A stretch of 64,000 bases of DNA from Thermoplasmata archaeon. GTDB lineage: Archaea > Thermoplasmatota > Thermoplasmata > Thermoplasmatales > Thermoplasmataceae. Shown piece by piece: positions 49,241 through 59,159 of this stretch (the stretch's first letter is position 1; each line of letters opens with the position of its first letter). Location of the stretch: positions 2,752-66,751 of the forward strand of contig JBMFWM010000001.1 in assembly GCA_049965275.1 (NCBI GenBank). Direction: 5' to 3'. The notes beneath the pieces were generated by a model, which saw nothing but the letters and a program-made list of their open reading frames with translations, was not told the DNA's origin and made no database searches. A program made the translations under genes and the position numbers.

Positions 49241-49978
49241 ATGGAACAAGTCGATAATTTTCCAGATGAAACAGTTGGTGCCGCTGAGATAGTCAGGTGG
49301 GTTGCAAACACATACGGGAGAAGCGCTCTTTTTGCATGCAGCTTCAGTGCAGAGGATATGGTCTTACTTCACATGATTGTGTCTTGCAGGAATGAAGGAA
49401 TAGAGATTCCCGAGATAATAACACTGGATACCGGCAGGCTTCATGAGGAAACGTATGAAGTCATGCAGTCAGCAAGGGAAAAATACGGCATACAAATTAA
49501 GGCATTGCATCCCGATAGCTTTGCCCTGAGTGAATTGGTGACTGCGTACGGCCCGAACCTTTTCTACAAATCAGTTGATTTGAGGCAGAAATGCTGTAAT
49601 GTGAGGAAAACTGTTCCGCTCAACAATGCACTTGAAAACAAGCTTGCATGGATAACCGGTCTCCGCAGGGAACAGTCTCCAGGGAGATCACAGGTAAAGA
49701 AAATATCAAAAGACGACGCAAGGAATGGCCTCATGAAGATAAACCCGCTTTCTGACTGGAGCGGTGAAGAAGTTTGGAACTACATCCGGAAATATCAGAT
49801 ACCATACAACCGGTTGCACGATAAGGGGTTCCCAAGCATAGGCTGTGCACCTTGCACACATGCTGTCATGCCAGGTGAAGACATAAGGGCTGGAAGATGG
49901 TGGTGGGAAGACGGCAAGAAGGAATGCGGCATACATGAAGCTTCTCAGGATCAAAGAAACATTATCTCTGGGAGGTAA
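49241..49978 (+). CDS. cysH: Adenylylsulfate (APS)/PAPS reductase, Fe-S (APS-reductase) type
   Basis: CSFSAEDMVL and C-terminal KKECGIH catalytic motifs, plus the Cys signature QKCCNV ... GCAPCT (CC...CxxC) associated with [4Fe-4S] APS reductases. Confidence 0.85.
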   Translation: MEQVDNFPDETVGAAEIVRWVANTYGRSALFACSFSAEDMVLLHMIVSCRNEGIEIPEIITLDTGRLHEETYEVMQSAREKYGIQIKALHPDSFALSELVTAYGPNLFYKSVDLRQKCCNVRKTVPLNNALENKLAWITGLRREQSPGRSQVKKISKDDARNGLMKINPLSDWSGEEVWNYIRKYQIPYNRLHDKGFPSIGCAPCTHAVMPGEDIRAGRWWWEDGKKECGIHEASQDQRNIISGR

Positions 49979-49983
49979 AACCC

Positions 49984-51123
49984 ATGTTGTCTGCTCCTCA
50001 TGGTGGAAACCTGATTTCAATCCCGGAGCTGAATCCTGATGAAGCATCCATGCTTGACGGCGGGATAAGAGTCAGGATACATGATGATATGAGATCAACC
50101 ATAAGGTTGATCTCCCGCGGTGTATACAGCCCATTAAAAGGCTTCAACAATAGTGTCGATCTTCACTCTATTCTCAAGGATCAGAGGCTTTCAAATGGCA
50201 CGATCTGGTCAATGCCAATACTGCTTCCGGTCAGTGAAAGCATTTATTCTTCCCTGTCTGAAGGCGATGAAGCTCTTCTTTCAGACAGCCTGGGGACAGT
50301 TTCGACCATGTTGATTTCGGACAAATTCAAGATAGACTTAAATGATACATGCAGATTGATATTCGGTACTGACGATCCACAGCATCCTGGGGTGAACAGA
50401 TTCCTTAACAATGGCAATCATTTCGTTGGTGGCGATCTGAACAGCGTGTTTGAGTATATTCTTCCTTTCCACGAAAGGGTAATGTACCCTAAGGAGACCA
50501 GGAAGTATTTTGAGCAAATGGGATGGAAAGACGTGGTAGCATTCCAGACCAGAAATATTCCTCACCTTGGACATGAATTCATGCATCTGAAGGCACTCGA
50601 ATCACATGATGGATTGTTCATAAATCCCGTGATAGGAAGAAAGAAGAGCGGTGACTTCCGTGATGAGGCCATAATAGCAGCGTATGACGCAATGTTAAAG
50701 CATCACTATCCGGAAGGAAGGGTGATCATGTCTCCAATAAATTATGAAATGCAGTATGCCGGTCCGCGGGAAACTTTACATCATGCAATAATGAGGAAGA
50801 ATTTTGGAGCGTCAAGTTTTATCGTCGGAAGGGATCATGCTGGAGTCGGAAACTTTTATGGACCTTTAGACGCACAGAGAAACTGTGACTCTTTTGAAGA
50901 TCTCGGAATAAACATACTTAAGTTTGAGGAAGCGTCTTACTGCAGGAAGTGCAATAAAGTGTCGTTTATAAGCGATTGTAACCATGACCAAGGAGACAGA
51001 TTGAAGTTTAGTGGAACTGAAGTAAGAAAAATGATGTTATCCGGGTCAGCAATAGAGAATATAAGTGTCCGGGAGGAAGTTCTTAATTCAGTTAGAAAAA
51101 TAAATCCGATGTTTCAGGACTGA
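49984..51123 (+). CDS. sat: Sulfate adenylyltransferase (ATP sulfurylase)
   Basis: FQTRNIPHLGHEF and VGRDHAGVG motifs. There is no fused APS kinase domain. Confidence 0.9.
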   Translation: MLSAPHGGNLISIPELNPDEASMLDGGIRVRIHDDMRSTIRLISRGVYSPLKGFNNSVDLHSILKDQRLSNGTIWSMPILLPVSESIYSSLSEGDEALLSDSLGTVSTMLISDKFKIDLNDTCRLIFGTDDPQHPGVNRFLNNGNHFVGGDLNSVFEYILPFHERVMYPKETRKYFEQMGWKDVVAFQTRNIPHLGHEFMHLKALESHDGLFINPVIGRKKSGDFRDEAIIAAYDAMLKHHYPEGRVIMSPINYEMQYAGPRETLHHAIMRKNFGASSFIVGRDHAGVGNFYGPLDAQRNCDSFEDLGINILKFEEASYCRKCNKVSFISDCNHDQGDRLKFSGTEVRKMMLSGSAIENISVREEVLNSVRKINPMFQD

Positions 51124-51308
51124 TTCTCAATTATCGAAGATCTTGGATTATCTCAAAGAGGCACTCATGCAACACAAAGCAAAACAGGTCATTCGCATGG
51201 ATACTTGATCTTGCCAATGCAGCATTTTGGCTTCGAACCTCTTAAGCATATTATTGAATTTTTTATTTATACCTAAATGTATTTTAGGTCAAATCAACTT
51301 TAGTATAG

Positions 51309-51938
51309 TTGATCTACAGAATATCCGGTAATGCAATATATACGAACGACACAAAGGTAGGGGATATCTCATACCAGGGCACTGGAATGCGCTTCTATCA
51401 GGCCATATTTACTGGACCGGTCAGTTTCACATTGGAGAGAATGGGAAGAGGCTTCAGAATTCTTGATAGCGGTCTTGATATGGGTAAGACTGGCCGTGGA
51501 TATAGCATCGAATATAATTTCCAGACTTACAGACCCAAGAGCGACCAGCTGAGGCAATTCATCATGAGCAGGATAAACAGCCTGGAAGTAGAATCGGCTG
51601 GAAGCACCATGTTCACCATCAATAGAACGGCAGATGGTTTCACCATAGACTGCAACGATAATACTTCACTTGTTCCTGCGTTTGCTATGTATTCAATATT
51701 AGCCCAATATACCATGGCTGGAGGCATGAACACTTATATTCAGCCTCGGGCACAAGTGCCACCCATATATCGTGGAATATCCACTGCACTTGGATTTGCA
51801 GCGCTGATATTCCTGTTCACTGCTGGTACAGGATATCTCCCTGTTTACGTGAGCTATGCCTTATTTCTGATTCTCCTAATCTCTTCGTATGTGGTGAGGT
51901 ATGCGGGCAGGTCTTCGACTAGAAGAAAGGATAATTAA
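51309..51938 (+). CDS. Hypothetical protein with two C-terminal TM helices
   Basis: ORF only. The start is uncertain (TTG at 51309, first ATG at 51387). Confidence 0.4.
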   Translation: MIYRISGNAIYTNDTKVGDISYQGTGMRFYQAIFTGPVSFTLERMGRGFRILDSGLDMGKTGRGYSIEYNFQTYRPKSDQLRQFIMSRINSLEVESAGSTMFTINRTADGFTIDCNDNTSLVPAFAMYSILAQYTMAGGMNTYIQPRAQVPPIYRGISTALGFAALIFLFTAGTGYLPVYVSYALFLILLISSYVVRYAGRSSTRRKDN

Positions 51939-52320
51939 ACTTACACCTTCCAAGAACACTTCTTATTACTTCTTTTGGTCCGCTCAAATCTGATCCAAGC
52001 AAAGTCTATACTAAAACAAACATTAGGACTTTGTCCTGTCATGTTTTAGGTTTTTCTGGTATATTCAACTCGCCGAACAAATGTAATTTCTTCAGATCAT
52101 GTGATGTCTATACTGTTCGGAGGGAAAGATACTTCGCCCGCCTCCTCGGTCCTTTTAAAAAAATTTTGTAACTCATCTAGGAGCGGGATAATTTATAAAG
52201 GATTGATTTCACCTACAGTCTTTGGTTCTACAAAATATATCGAAACGAAAGAAGAATTCGTAAAATTATTATAGCTTCCTATTTTAGAGACGTCGTAATC
52301 AACAAGACCAGGGATGAACA

Positions 52321-52971
52321 ATGAAGAAAAAAACTTTAGTAATAGGCTCCATGTTGGTAGCCTTGATAGTTATTATCTCTTCTTTTTCGATTTTTTATTT
52401 CGATTATGAAAGGAAAGTGGATAAAACCATTAGTTTTTCCTTCAACTCGGATTCTGTAAATTATTCAGTTCCTGTATACAATAACTGTTCGGGTACGATG
52501 TTTACTATTTCATTCAATATAACGGGATTTCCTGGCGGGACTATTGATCTTCAGCCAAATTTTGTCTTATGTTCTAGGATGACGCCTGCTAACTATTCTC
52601 TAAACGCATCCTTATCAAATAATAGTTATTATGGTATAACATTCACCGCATCATCGCTGTTTGTAAAAAGCAATCAAACCTCTGGCGAACAATATGGGTG
52701 GCTTGTTGAGAATAATACACGGTTTAGTGCCCGTGGGCCCTCAATTGAGTGGAACAATAGCGGCATATGGTCTCCATCTGCTGGCAGTTTGGTCCTTCCA
52801 CCCGGCAACTTTAAAGTTACTGAAAAGGTGTTTTTCATAAGCCTTCAGCCGTCACAGTCTGTGCTAAATGTAAAATATGCAAGAGCTTGGGTAAAGGTTC
52901 TTTCCATGGATATCAATGCTATTATCAGGACAGGTACAGATTTCACAATATCTGATATTTCACTATCATAA
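52321..52971 (+). CDS. Hypothetical N-terminally anchored/secreted protein
   Basis: MKKK + hydrophobic helix followed by a sequon-rich beta-type ectodomain. No recognisable family. Confidence 0.5.
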   Translation: MKKKTLVIGSMLVALIVIISSFSIFYFDYERKVDKTISFSFNSDSVNYSVPVYNNCSGTMFTISFNITGFPGGTIDLQPNFVLCSRMTPANYSLNASLSNNSYYGITFTASSLFVKSNQTSGEQYGWLVENNTRFSARGPSIEWNNSGIWSPSAGSLVLPPGNFKVTEKVFFISLQPSQSVLNVKYARAWVKVLSMDINAIIRTGTDFTISDISLS

Positions 52972-53187
52972 GAAAATCAAAAGAAAAACAAAATTACTCA
53001 TAAGCGTTATAATTGAATTATCACTGCGACTTCTTATCTCGGTTTAAGTACCCACTATTTTTGATTGTGTGGCGATAGCTTTAATCTTTCACCCTGATTC
53101 AAAAGGCTACGTACACTACACACTTGACAGGAAACTTTTTGAACAAATCAGATTCGTTACTTTGGCCCCAAATCTTGCGGCTATGAC

Positions 53188-55554
53188 CTAAATGTCATAA
53201 TGCCTGAAAATAATGTTCTTGAAAAGATCTGCCACAACCATTACCGAGAAAGCAATTACTAGCACGAGAAGCACATATTCAATCGGTATAGCAGTGACAA
53301 GTATTCCGGCGGCAGATATAGCGGAAATGAATATTATGTCGCAGATGCTCGCAATTAGAAGCCACTTGCTTGGTCTGGAACTCCAGAATCTCTTTCTTTC
53401 ACGAACCATGTATACGGTGAACTGGCCGGAAAATACTAGCATGTCAAATATGTAGGTCTGGATCTGACCTAGTGTAAGTTTAAGCTCGGTTGCGGTCCAG
53501 AGAACAAAAAATGCTTCCGCAATCACGAACAAGGATAGGCTGATTGATGATCCTACAAGTGACCTGACGTTCCATTTTTCAGGCTTGTCTGAAAACCTTA
53601 CTTTGTCTGTCGCTATGGCCATTGTTGCAAAGTCGTTGGCAAAGAGGAGCAGGATAACATCGAATGGTGTAGTGACGAAGAATCCATAGATAAAGAAGGA
53701 GATCGTGAGGAAAAATGCAACCTGCATAGTCTTGATAATCTTGTTCAGGGTGTAAGTAAGCATCCGCTGGAAGATCTTTCTGCCGTCTTCCACGGCGCTC
53801 ACTATATCCATTATTCCCTGGTGAGTGAGGACTATGCTGGCTGAGGCCTTTGCGACGTCAGTTGCAGTTGATACTGCTATGCCGACTTCGGCCTGCTTCA
53901 GTGCTGGTGCATCATTCACACCGTCACCTGTCATTCCTGTGATGTGTTTCTTCCTTTGTAGTGCCTTCACGAGATTGAACTTGTCTTCCGGAAGAACCTC
54001 AGCAAAAGCATCGCAGTCCTCGACATCCCAGTTGCCATCTGAAGAGGCGGGTATCTTGCATATTCTATCTCCTATCCCCACCTCACTTGCAATTTCCATT
54101 GCAATTGGCTCAGAGTCACCTGTTATCATCCTTGGCTTGATTCCAAGTTCCCTGATCCTCTTGATGAGCCCGGCAGAATCGTCCCTCGGTGCGTCGTGGA
54201 GGGGGATTAGACCACAGAATTCATAATCTTCTCCGTTGACGGATCGGGCAACACCAATTGACCTGAATCCTTTCCTAGCAAGATCGGTAACCCTCTCTAT
54301 AACATTCTCATTCTCAACTGGTTTGCTTAACTCAAGAAGTACTTTCGGAGCACCTTTAGTTACGCTTATAATCATGCCATCCTTTTCTGCGACTGCAGCT
54401 GTCCTCTTTGTTGAGGGGTCGAACGGAACAAATTTTCTTATCTTATGACCGGTAGAGTCAACACCTGCCTGTTTGGCATAATCCAATACTGCCAGATCAA
54501 TTGAATCCTGGCTCGAAATGTCCGAAGCAAGAACAGCGCATAATAGCATTTCATTCATGTCAACGCCGTATGACACAGGATCAGATACGGAAAGCCTGTT
54601 CTGTGTCAGCGTTCCAGTCTTGTCGAAACAGATCGCGTCCATTGATGCTGCGTCTTCGACGGCGGAAAGCCTCGTAACCAGCGCACCCTTTTGAGAAAGA
54701 TCAACGGCCCCATAGGCACTTGCAATCGTGAAGGTAGCAGGCAAAGCCACAGGAACAGAAGCAATCAGAACAACTAGCGAGTAAGGGATTGTGTTGTATA
54801 TCCCAACACCATATATTAAAGAAAAAATGAACAGTGATATTACGAGTGCCACATCTATTGCAATGAGATACTTCACTATGCTGAGGATCAGTTTTTCAAG
54901 ATGTGAATCTGATTTTGCAACTTTAACCAGTTCGGCGGTCTTCCCGAAGAAAGTCTTGCTCCCGGTTGACACAACTACACCAGTAGCCTCACCTCTTTTG
55001 AGTACTGAACCCGAATAGAGAAGGCTTCCAGCCTCCTTGCTTACCGCATTAGATTCACCAGTGAGCGCAGACTGGTCGACAAGTATATCACCAGACATCA
55101 TCTTGACATCGGCAGGAACAAGATCACCAAGCCTGCAATGTATGATGTCACCGGGCACAAGATTCTTTGACTGAACTTCAATCCAGTTTGAATCTCGGAG
55201 AACCCTGGCATTTGTCATCATCTTATTTTCCAGCAGTTCAAGGGCATTGTCTGCCTTAGATTCCTGAAAAAAACTGACAAGGCTGTTGAACAGAAGAAGG
55301 GCCAGTATGATGTATGTATCAACCCTCTTTCCCAGGATATATGATATGATTGCTGTGGCCTCCAGCATCCAGGGAACCGGGGACCAGAACTTAAGGAGGA
55401 ATTTTTTAACTCTGCTTTCCTTCTCCTTTTCTACAGTGTTATATCCATACTTACTAAGTCTTGCCTTAACCTGATCCTCATTGAGCCCATTAGGTGAGGC
55501 AACCAGCTGCCTGAACACCTCATTTATATCCTGTTTCTCCACACTGTCTGTCAA
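53188..55554 (-). CDS. P-type ATPase, plasma-membrane H+-ATPase-like (type III)
   Basis: TGES, CFDKTGTLT, MITGD and MTGDGVNDAPALKQAEVGIAV motifs. The 788-aa size and the lack of heavy-metal CPx motifs fit type IIIA. Confidence 0.85.
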   Translation of the reverse strand: MTDSVEKQDINEVFRQLVASPNGLNEDQVKARLSKYGYNTVEKEKESRVKKFLLKFWSPVPWMLEATAIISYILGKRVDTYIILALLLFNSLVSFFQESKADNALELLENKMMTNARVLRDSNWIEVQSKNLVPGDIIHCRLGDLVPADVKMMSGDILVDQSALTGESNAVSKEAGSLLYSGSVLKRGEATGVVVSTGSKTFFGKTAELVKVAKSDSHLEKLILSIVKYLIAIDVALVISLFIFSLIYGVGIYNTIPYSLVVLIASVPVALPATFTIASAYGAVDLSQKGALVTRLSAVEDAASMDAICFDKTGTLTQNRLSVSDPVSYGVDMNEMLLCAVLASDISSQDSIDLAVLDYAKQAGVDSTGHKIRKFVPFDPSTKRTAAVAEKDGMIISVTKGAPKVLLELSKPVENENVIERVTDLARKGFRSIGVARSVNGEDYEFCGLIPLHDAPRDDSAGLIKRIRELGIKPRMITGDSEPIAMEIASEVGIGDRICKIPASSDGNWDVEDCDAFAEVLPEDKFNLVKALQRKKHITGMTGDGVNDAPALKQAEVGIAVSTATDVAKASASIVLTHQGIMDIVSAVEDGRKIFQRMLTYTLNKIIKTMQVAFFLTISFFIYGFFVTTPFDVILLLFANDFATMAIATDKVRFSDKPEKWNVRSLVGSSISLSLFVIAEAFFVLWTATELKLTLGQIQTYIFDMLVFSGQFTVYMVRERKRFWSSRPSKWLLIASICDIIFISAISAAGILVTAIPIEYVLLVLVIAFSVMVVADLFKNIIFRHYDI

Positions 55555-55676
55555 ATATGTCTCCGGATATCATCGGAAATATGTCTTGGTTCATTGATTT
55601 TTTGCTTGAAGCATTATTTCGGCCAATCTCGATTGATCCGATGGAATGATTATGCAATACGTCTATGAATCGGTTC

Positions 55677-56066
55677 TCAATGCAATCGTCTTCTAAGTCT
55701 ATCAAACAGAAACTGAGTTGTGATGCCTGTCAGTACAATAAATAACAGTGCATAGAATATGACTGCGAATTCGAGAACAGAAACGATTGAAGCATCTTGA
55801 AGTAAGGCTAAAAGTAAAAGGGCCGCTGATACAGAAAAACCCAAGATAGCAGCAGTTTTTGCTGCTTGGGATCCAAGCTTTCTTATTCTGGCATCGTTCA
55901 CCATTCTCGATTTATTTGGAAAAGCTAAATCAAGCATTTTCTTATAATACTCCAAGAGACTTTCAGGCACTCTTCCTCCATTCGAATTCAGAAAATACTT
56001 GAAGAGCTGTCCCTTAAACGCGTAGCTAAGAGTATGAAGCTGGTAAGTGATCTGGATCCGTAACAT
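55677..56066 (-). CDS. Hypothetical membrane protein (possibly the remnant of a gene disrupted by IS insertion)
   Basis: ORF with two C-terminal TM helices. Its 5' end abuts or overlaps the truncated IS21-like transposase fragment. Confidence 0.3.
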   Translation of the reverse strand: MLRIQITYQLHTLSYAFKGQLFKYFLNSNGGRVPESLLEYYKKMLDLAFPNKSRMVNDARIRKLGSQAAKTAAILGFSVSAALLLLALLQDASIVSVLEFAVIFYALLFIVLTGITTQFLFDRLRRRLH

Positions 56067-56322
56067 ACCTTGTTCTTCTTGCCGTACTTTGGAGGCTTCT
56101 TTGCCTTCAGGTATTTCCTAACTGTGGGCCTGCTTATCCCCATCTCCTTTGCAATGTCGCTCACAGACATTCCACTGTCACGTTTTTCGCTAATCATGTA
56201 CCACGCCTCCGCTTCGAACAGTTGAATCACCACTTCCATAATGGAAAGTGGAAAGAATTAACCGCCTATTTTGGAAAGTTCTATTCCGCCTTTTTTTGGA
56301 AAAAATTCAACCGGCGTTGACA
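56066..56322 (-). mobile_element. IS21-family remnant: terminal repeat region plus the first ~60 codons of an IstA-like transposase (HTH only)
   Basis: ISEKRDSGMSVSDIAKEMGISRPTVRKYLKAKKPPKYG is an IstA-like N-terminal HTH that then loses similarity. Upstream, the element end reads 5'-TGTCAACGCCGG... (minus strand, from 56322). It carries two ~25-bp direct sub-repeats (CGCC-Tn-GGAAA-..TTC..A..CCG) at 56262-56290 and 56287-56316, as in multi-repeat IS21 ends. Confidence 0.55.
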
Positions 56323-56661
56323 TCTTCTGCTCGACAGTAAACTTTCCTGCCATTCTAGATCAACATATGTCCCGGCTTGTGCAGGAGTTTCAAAAAACCC
56401 ACTCTTCACTCCCCCTTACATCTCCCTAGTTCTATATATTCTCTCTTATAAGTGACCAAATGATAAAGGGAGCACATAATATGTATTTTGGAGTAATCCA
56501 CGGGAGCTATAAACTTCCAATAAACTCCTGACAGTTTAAAATGGTGAGTAAAATATAACTCATGTCCTGTTATGATCTCATTCAGATAATCTTATGACTA
56601 TATTGAGTATCATTTAGAAAGTAGTACATAATCGTTAAGGTCAATATGTAATCATGCGTCT

Positions 56662-58002
56662 GTGGCAGCTTCTTTCTCAAGAACCCTAAAATTTTCTGAT
56701 GCAGTTTTCATAAACCTTGGCGCAATAATTGGGGCAGGAATATTTGTCATAATAGGCATTTCAGCTGCTGCTGCGGGGCCAGCAATCCTTATCTCAATTC
56801 CCCTTGCGGCAGCCGTTGCAATACTTACAGGTATAAGCTTTTCACAGGTTGCTCGCCATGTGGATAAGGAAGGAGGTGTCTACGAATACGGAAAAGAAGC
56901 TCTTAATCCATATGCAGGTTTCATTGGTGGCACTCTGTGGACTTATGGGAACATAATAGCACTAGCAGCGGTCTCGATAAGCTTTGGCGGTTATCTTGAC
57001 GCTCTGTTTGGCTCAAAATTTCCCGTGATATTTATTGCGGCCGGCATTGTTATTTCTTTCGGCGTTCTGAACGCGCTGGGCATAAAGAATTCAGCAAAGA
57101 CACTAAAGATGATCGTAGCCGTTAATGTTTCTATTCTTGTGCTTTTCACGATGATAGGTTTGTTCTTTTTCCATCCGTCGCATCTGACCAACTTCTTTGG
57201 AAAGGGTGGAGGAGGAATAATTTCTGGTGCGGCCATCATATTTTTTGCTTTTTCCGGCTTCTCCAGGGTCACCACTGTATCTGAAGAGGTCATTAATCCC
57301 GAAAAAACTATTCCAAAAGCCATCATTGTGTCAATTTTAATCTCGGCTGTTCTTTATTTTCTGATCAGCCTGGCTGCAGTGGGTCTATCCACTCCACAAA
57401 CACTGGCGACATCCACCTCACCACTCGCCCTGGCTTCTTCAAAAACCGGTATATTTTTCCTTGTTGAAATTGTTTCAATAGGGGCTCTTGTGGCGACATC
57501 AGGAGTTATACTTACAGGAATACTTGGCACATCACGGGTTATGTTTGCAATGGCTCGAGACAAGGAAATTCCTTCCATCTTGTCTAAACTTGACAAATTT
57601 TCAACGCCGATTTTAGCGATCATAGTTTCTGTCCTTCTTGCCATAGTAATGATGCCTCTGGCTTCATTCGGGACCATTGTCGAGGCTTCAAATACATGCG
57701 TATTATCAGCATATTCAATTATCAACATAGCGGCCCTGAAAACTCACATGAAATACAGAAAACTTGGTAGTCCTGTTAAAAGCAATGGCAAACATGACAA
57801 GTTCTACTTGATACCAAGTGCCGGTTTGGCAACAATATTCGTCTTTTTTATCTTTCTTGGTCTGGAGAGCATTCTTATTGCTGCAATAGTATTTGTTATC
57901 GCTACATCTTATTACTTGATAAAGGTAAAGATTCAGGGAGAAGGGAAAGTACCTCCGGTGCGCAGTAGAGTTAGGTTGTTTGGATACTCCAGAGCACGTT
58001 AG
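56662..58002 (+). CDS. APC-superfamily amino acid permease
   Basis: ~12 TM helices, N-terminal NLGAIIGAGIFV motif, and a GTG start. Confidence 0.8.
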   Translation: MAASFSRTLKFSDAVFINLGAIIGAGIFVIIGISAAAAGPAILISIPLAAAVAILTGISFSQVARHVDKEGGVYEYGKEALNPYAGFIGGTLWTYGNIIALAAVSISFGGYLDALFGSKFPVIFIAAGIVISFGVLNALGIKNSAKTLKMIVAVNVSILVLFTMIGLFFFHPSHLTNFFGKGGGGIISGAAIIFFAFSGFSRVTTVSEEVINPEKTIPKAIIVSILISAVLYFLISLAAVGLSTPQTLATSTSPLALASSKTGIFFLVEIVSIGALVATSGVILTGILGTSRVMFAMARDKEIPSILSKLDKFSTPILAIIVSVLLAIVMMPLASFGTIVEASNTCVLSAYSIINIAALKTHMKYRKLGSPVKSNGKHDKFYLIPSAGLATIFVFFIFLGLESILIAAIVFVIATSYYLIKVKIQGEGKVPPVRSRVRLFGYSRAR

Positions 58003-58355
58003 CTCATTGTTATGATGCTTGTTTCTCCTATTTTTATAGAAAACCATAAACAGTGGCATATGCACAGAAGTACAGCGAATGCAAAATATCAGGGGTCACT
58101 ATAACACTTCTTGAAAATGTCTATTAATGCCAATTATTCTAAGCGCCTGATTTATCAGCTAACGACACCTAATGATTTAGCTCATGGCCTAGTAAACAAT
58201 CTATGGTAAAATTAAGTTTTTGCAATATGAACATTTTCATAATGTGTTATTTCCATCTGCTATTTTCAATAAGGATGAAACATATAGGGATTCATGGAAT
58301 CGCTCATCACGAGATCTCCTGATTAAGTGTACAATAGGCAATTGAAATAATACTG

Positions 58356-59153
58356 TTAGAGATGTAAAACCACAGAATAGTTCTGATACATGATGTAGAT
58401 GGCAACTACAATCACTATTACTGCAAATATCTGGGTCAGCCTTCTTTTTGGTACCTTACCGGCAAGTCTTGCACCAAACCACCCGCCAAATATTCCTCCT
58501 ATGATGAAAAGTGCTGAGATGATCAGGTTCAGATCTCCGCTTATTGCATATCTAGCAGCAGTTATTACACCAAAGGTTCCAACAGACAAGAGAGATGTGC
58601 CCACAGCCTGGAGTATATTTAGTCCCCCTCCGAAAAGCAGCCCGGGAACTATGAGAAATCCCCCACCTATTCCAAAATAGCCTGAAGCGAATCCCACAGT
58701 CAGCCCAGCTAGGATCAATATTATCAATGATCTCGAAGAATTTACTATCTTTCTCTCGACTTGCGAAATGTCGATACATTTTCGCTTGAGCATGTAAATC
58801 GCGATTCCAATCATTAAGAAACTGAAGAAAAACAGGAGGTCATTACCCGGAGTAAGGAGCCCAAGTTCTGAACCTGCCAGAACACCTACTATTCCCGGCA
58901 AAGTGAATTCAATGCCAACCTTATAGTTGACATGTTTCTTCAGCGTGTGCGGGATTAGATTCAAGTATGCATTTATGCCTACTGCCAGTGCAGTGGTTCC
59001 AATAACAATGTGTGGATGATCGAATCCCACAAAATATATCAGTAATGGGATGGCTAGTATTGAACCTCCACCACCAATCAGTCCCAGTGAAAACCCAACA
59101 AGTATGCCGGAAATTATTGAAAGAATGATCTGTGTTTCTGTTAAGACAAACAT
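58356..59153 (-). CDS. TauE/SafE (TSUP) family sulfite/organosulfonate exporter
   Basis: Two-fold repeated 4-TM architecture with LIGGGGSILAIPLL and GIGGGFLIVPGL motifs. Confidence 0.8.
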   Translation of the reverse strand: MFVLTETQIILSIISGILVGFSLGLIGGGGSILAIPLLIYFVGFDHPHIVIGTTALAVGINAYLNLIPHTLKKHVNYKVGIEFTLPGIVGVLAGSELGLLTPGNDLLFFFSFLMIGIAIYMLKRKCIDISQVERKIVNSSRSLIILILAGLTVGFASGYFGIGGGFLIVPGLLFGGGLNILQAVGTSLLSVGTFGVITAARYAISGDLNLIISALFIIGGIFGGWFGARLAGKVPKRRLTQIFAVIVIVVAIYIMYQNYSVVLHL

Positions 59154-59159
59154 AAGAAC

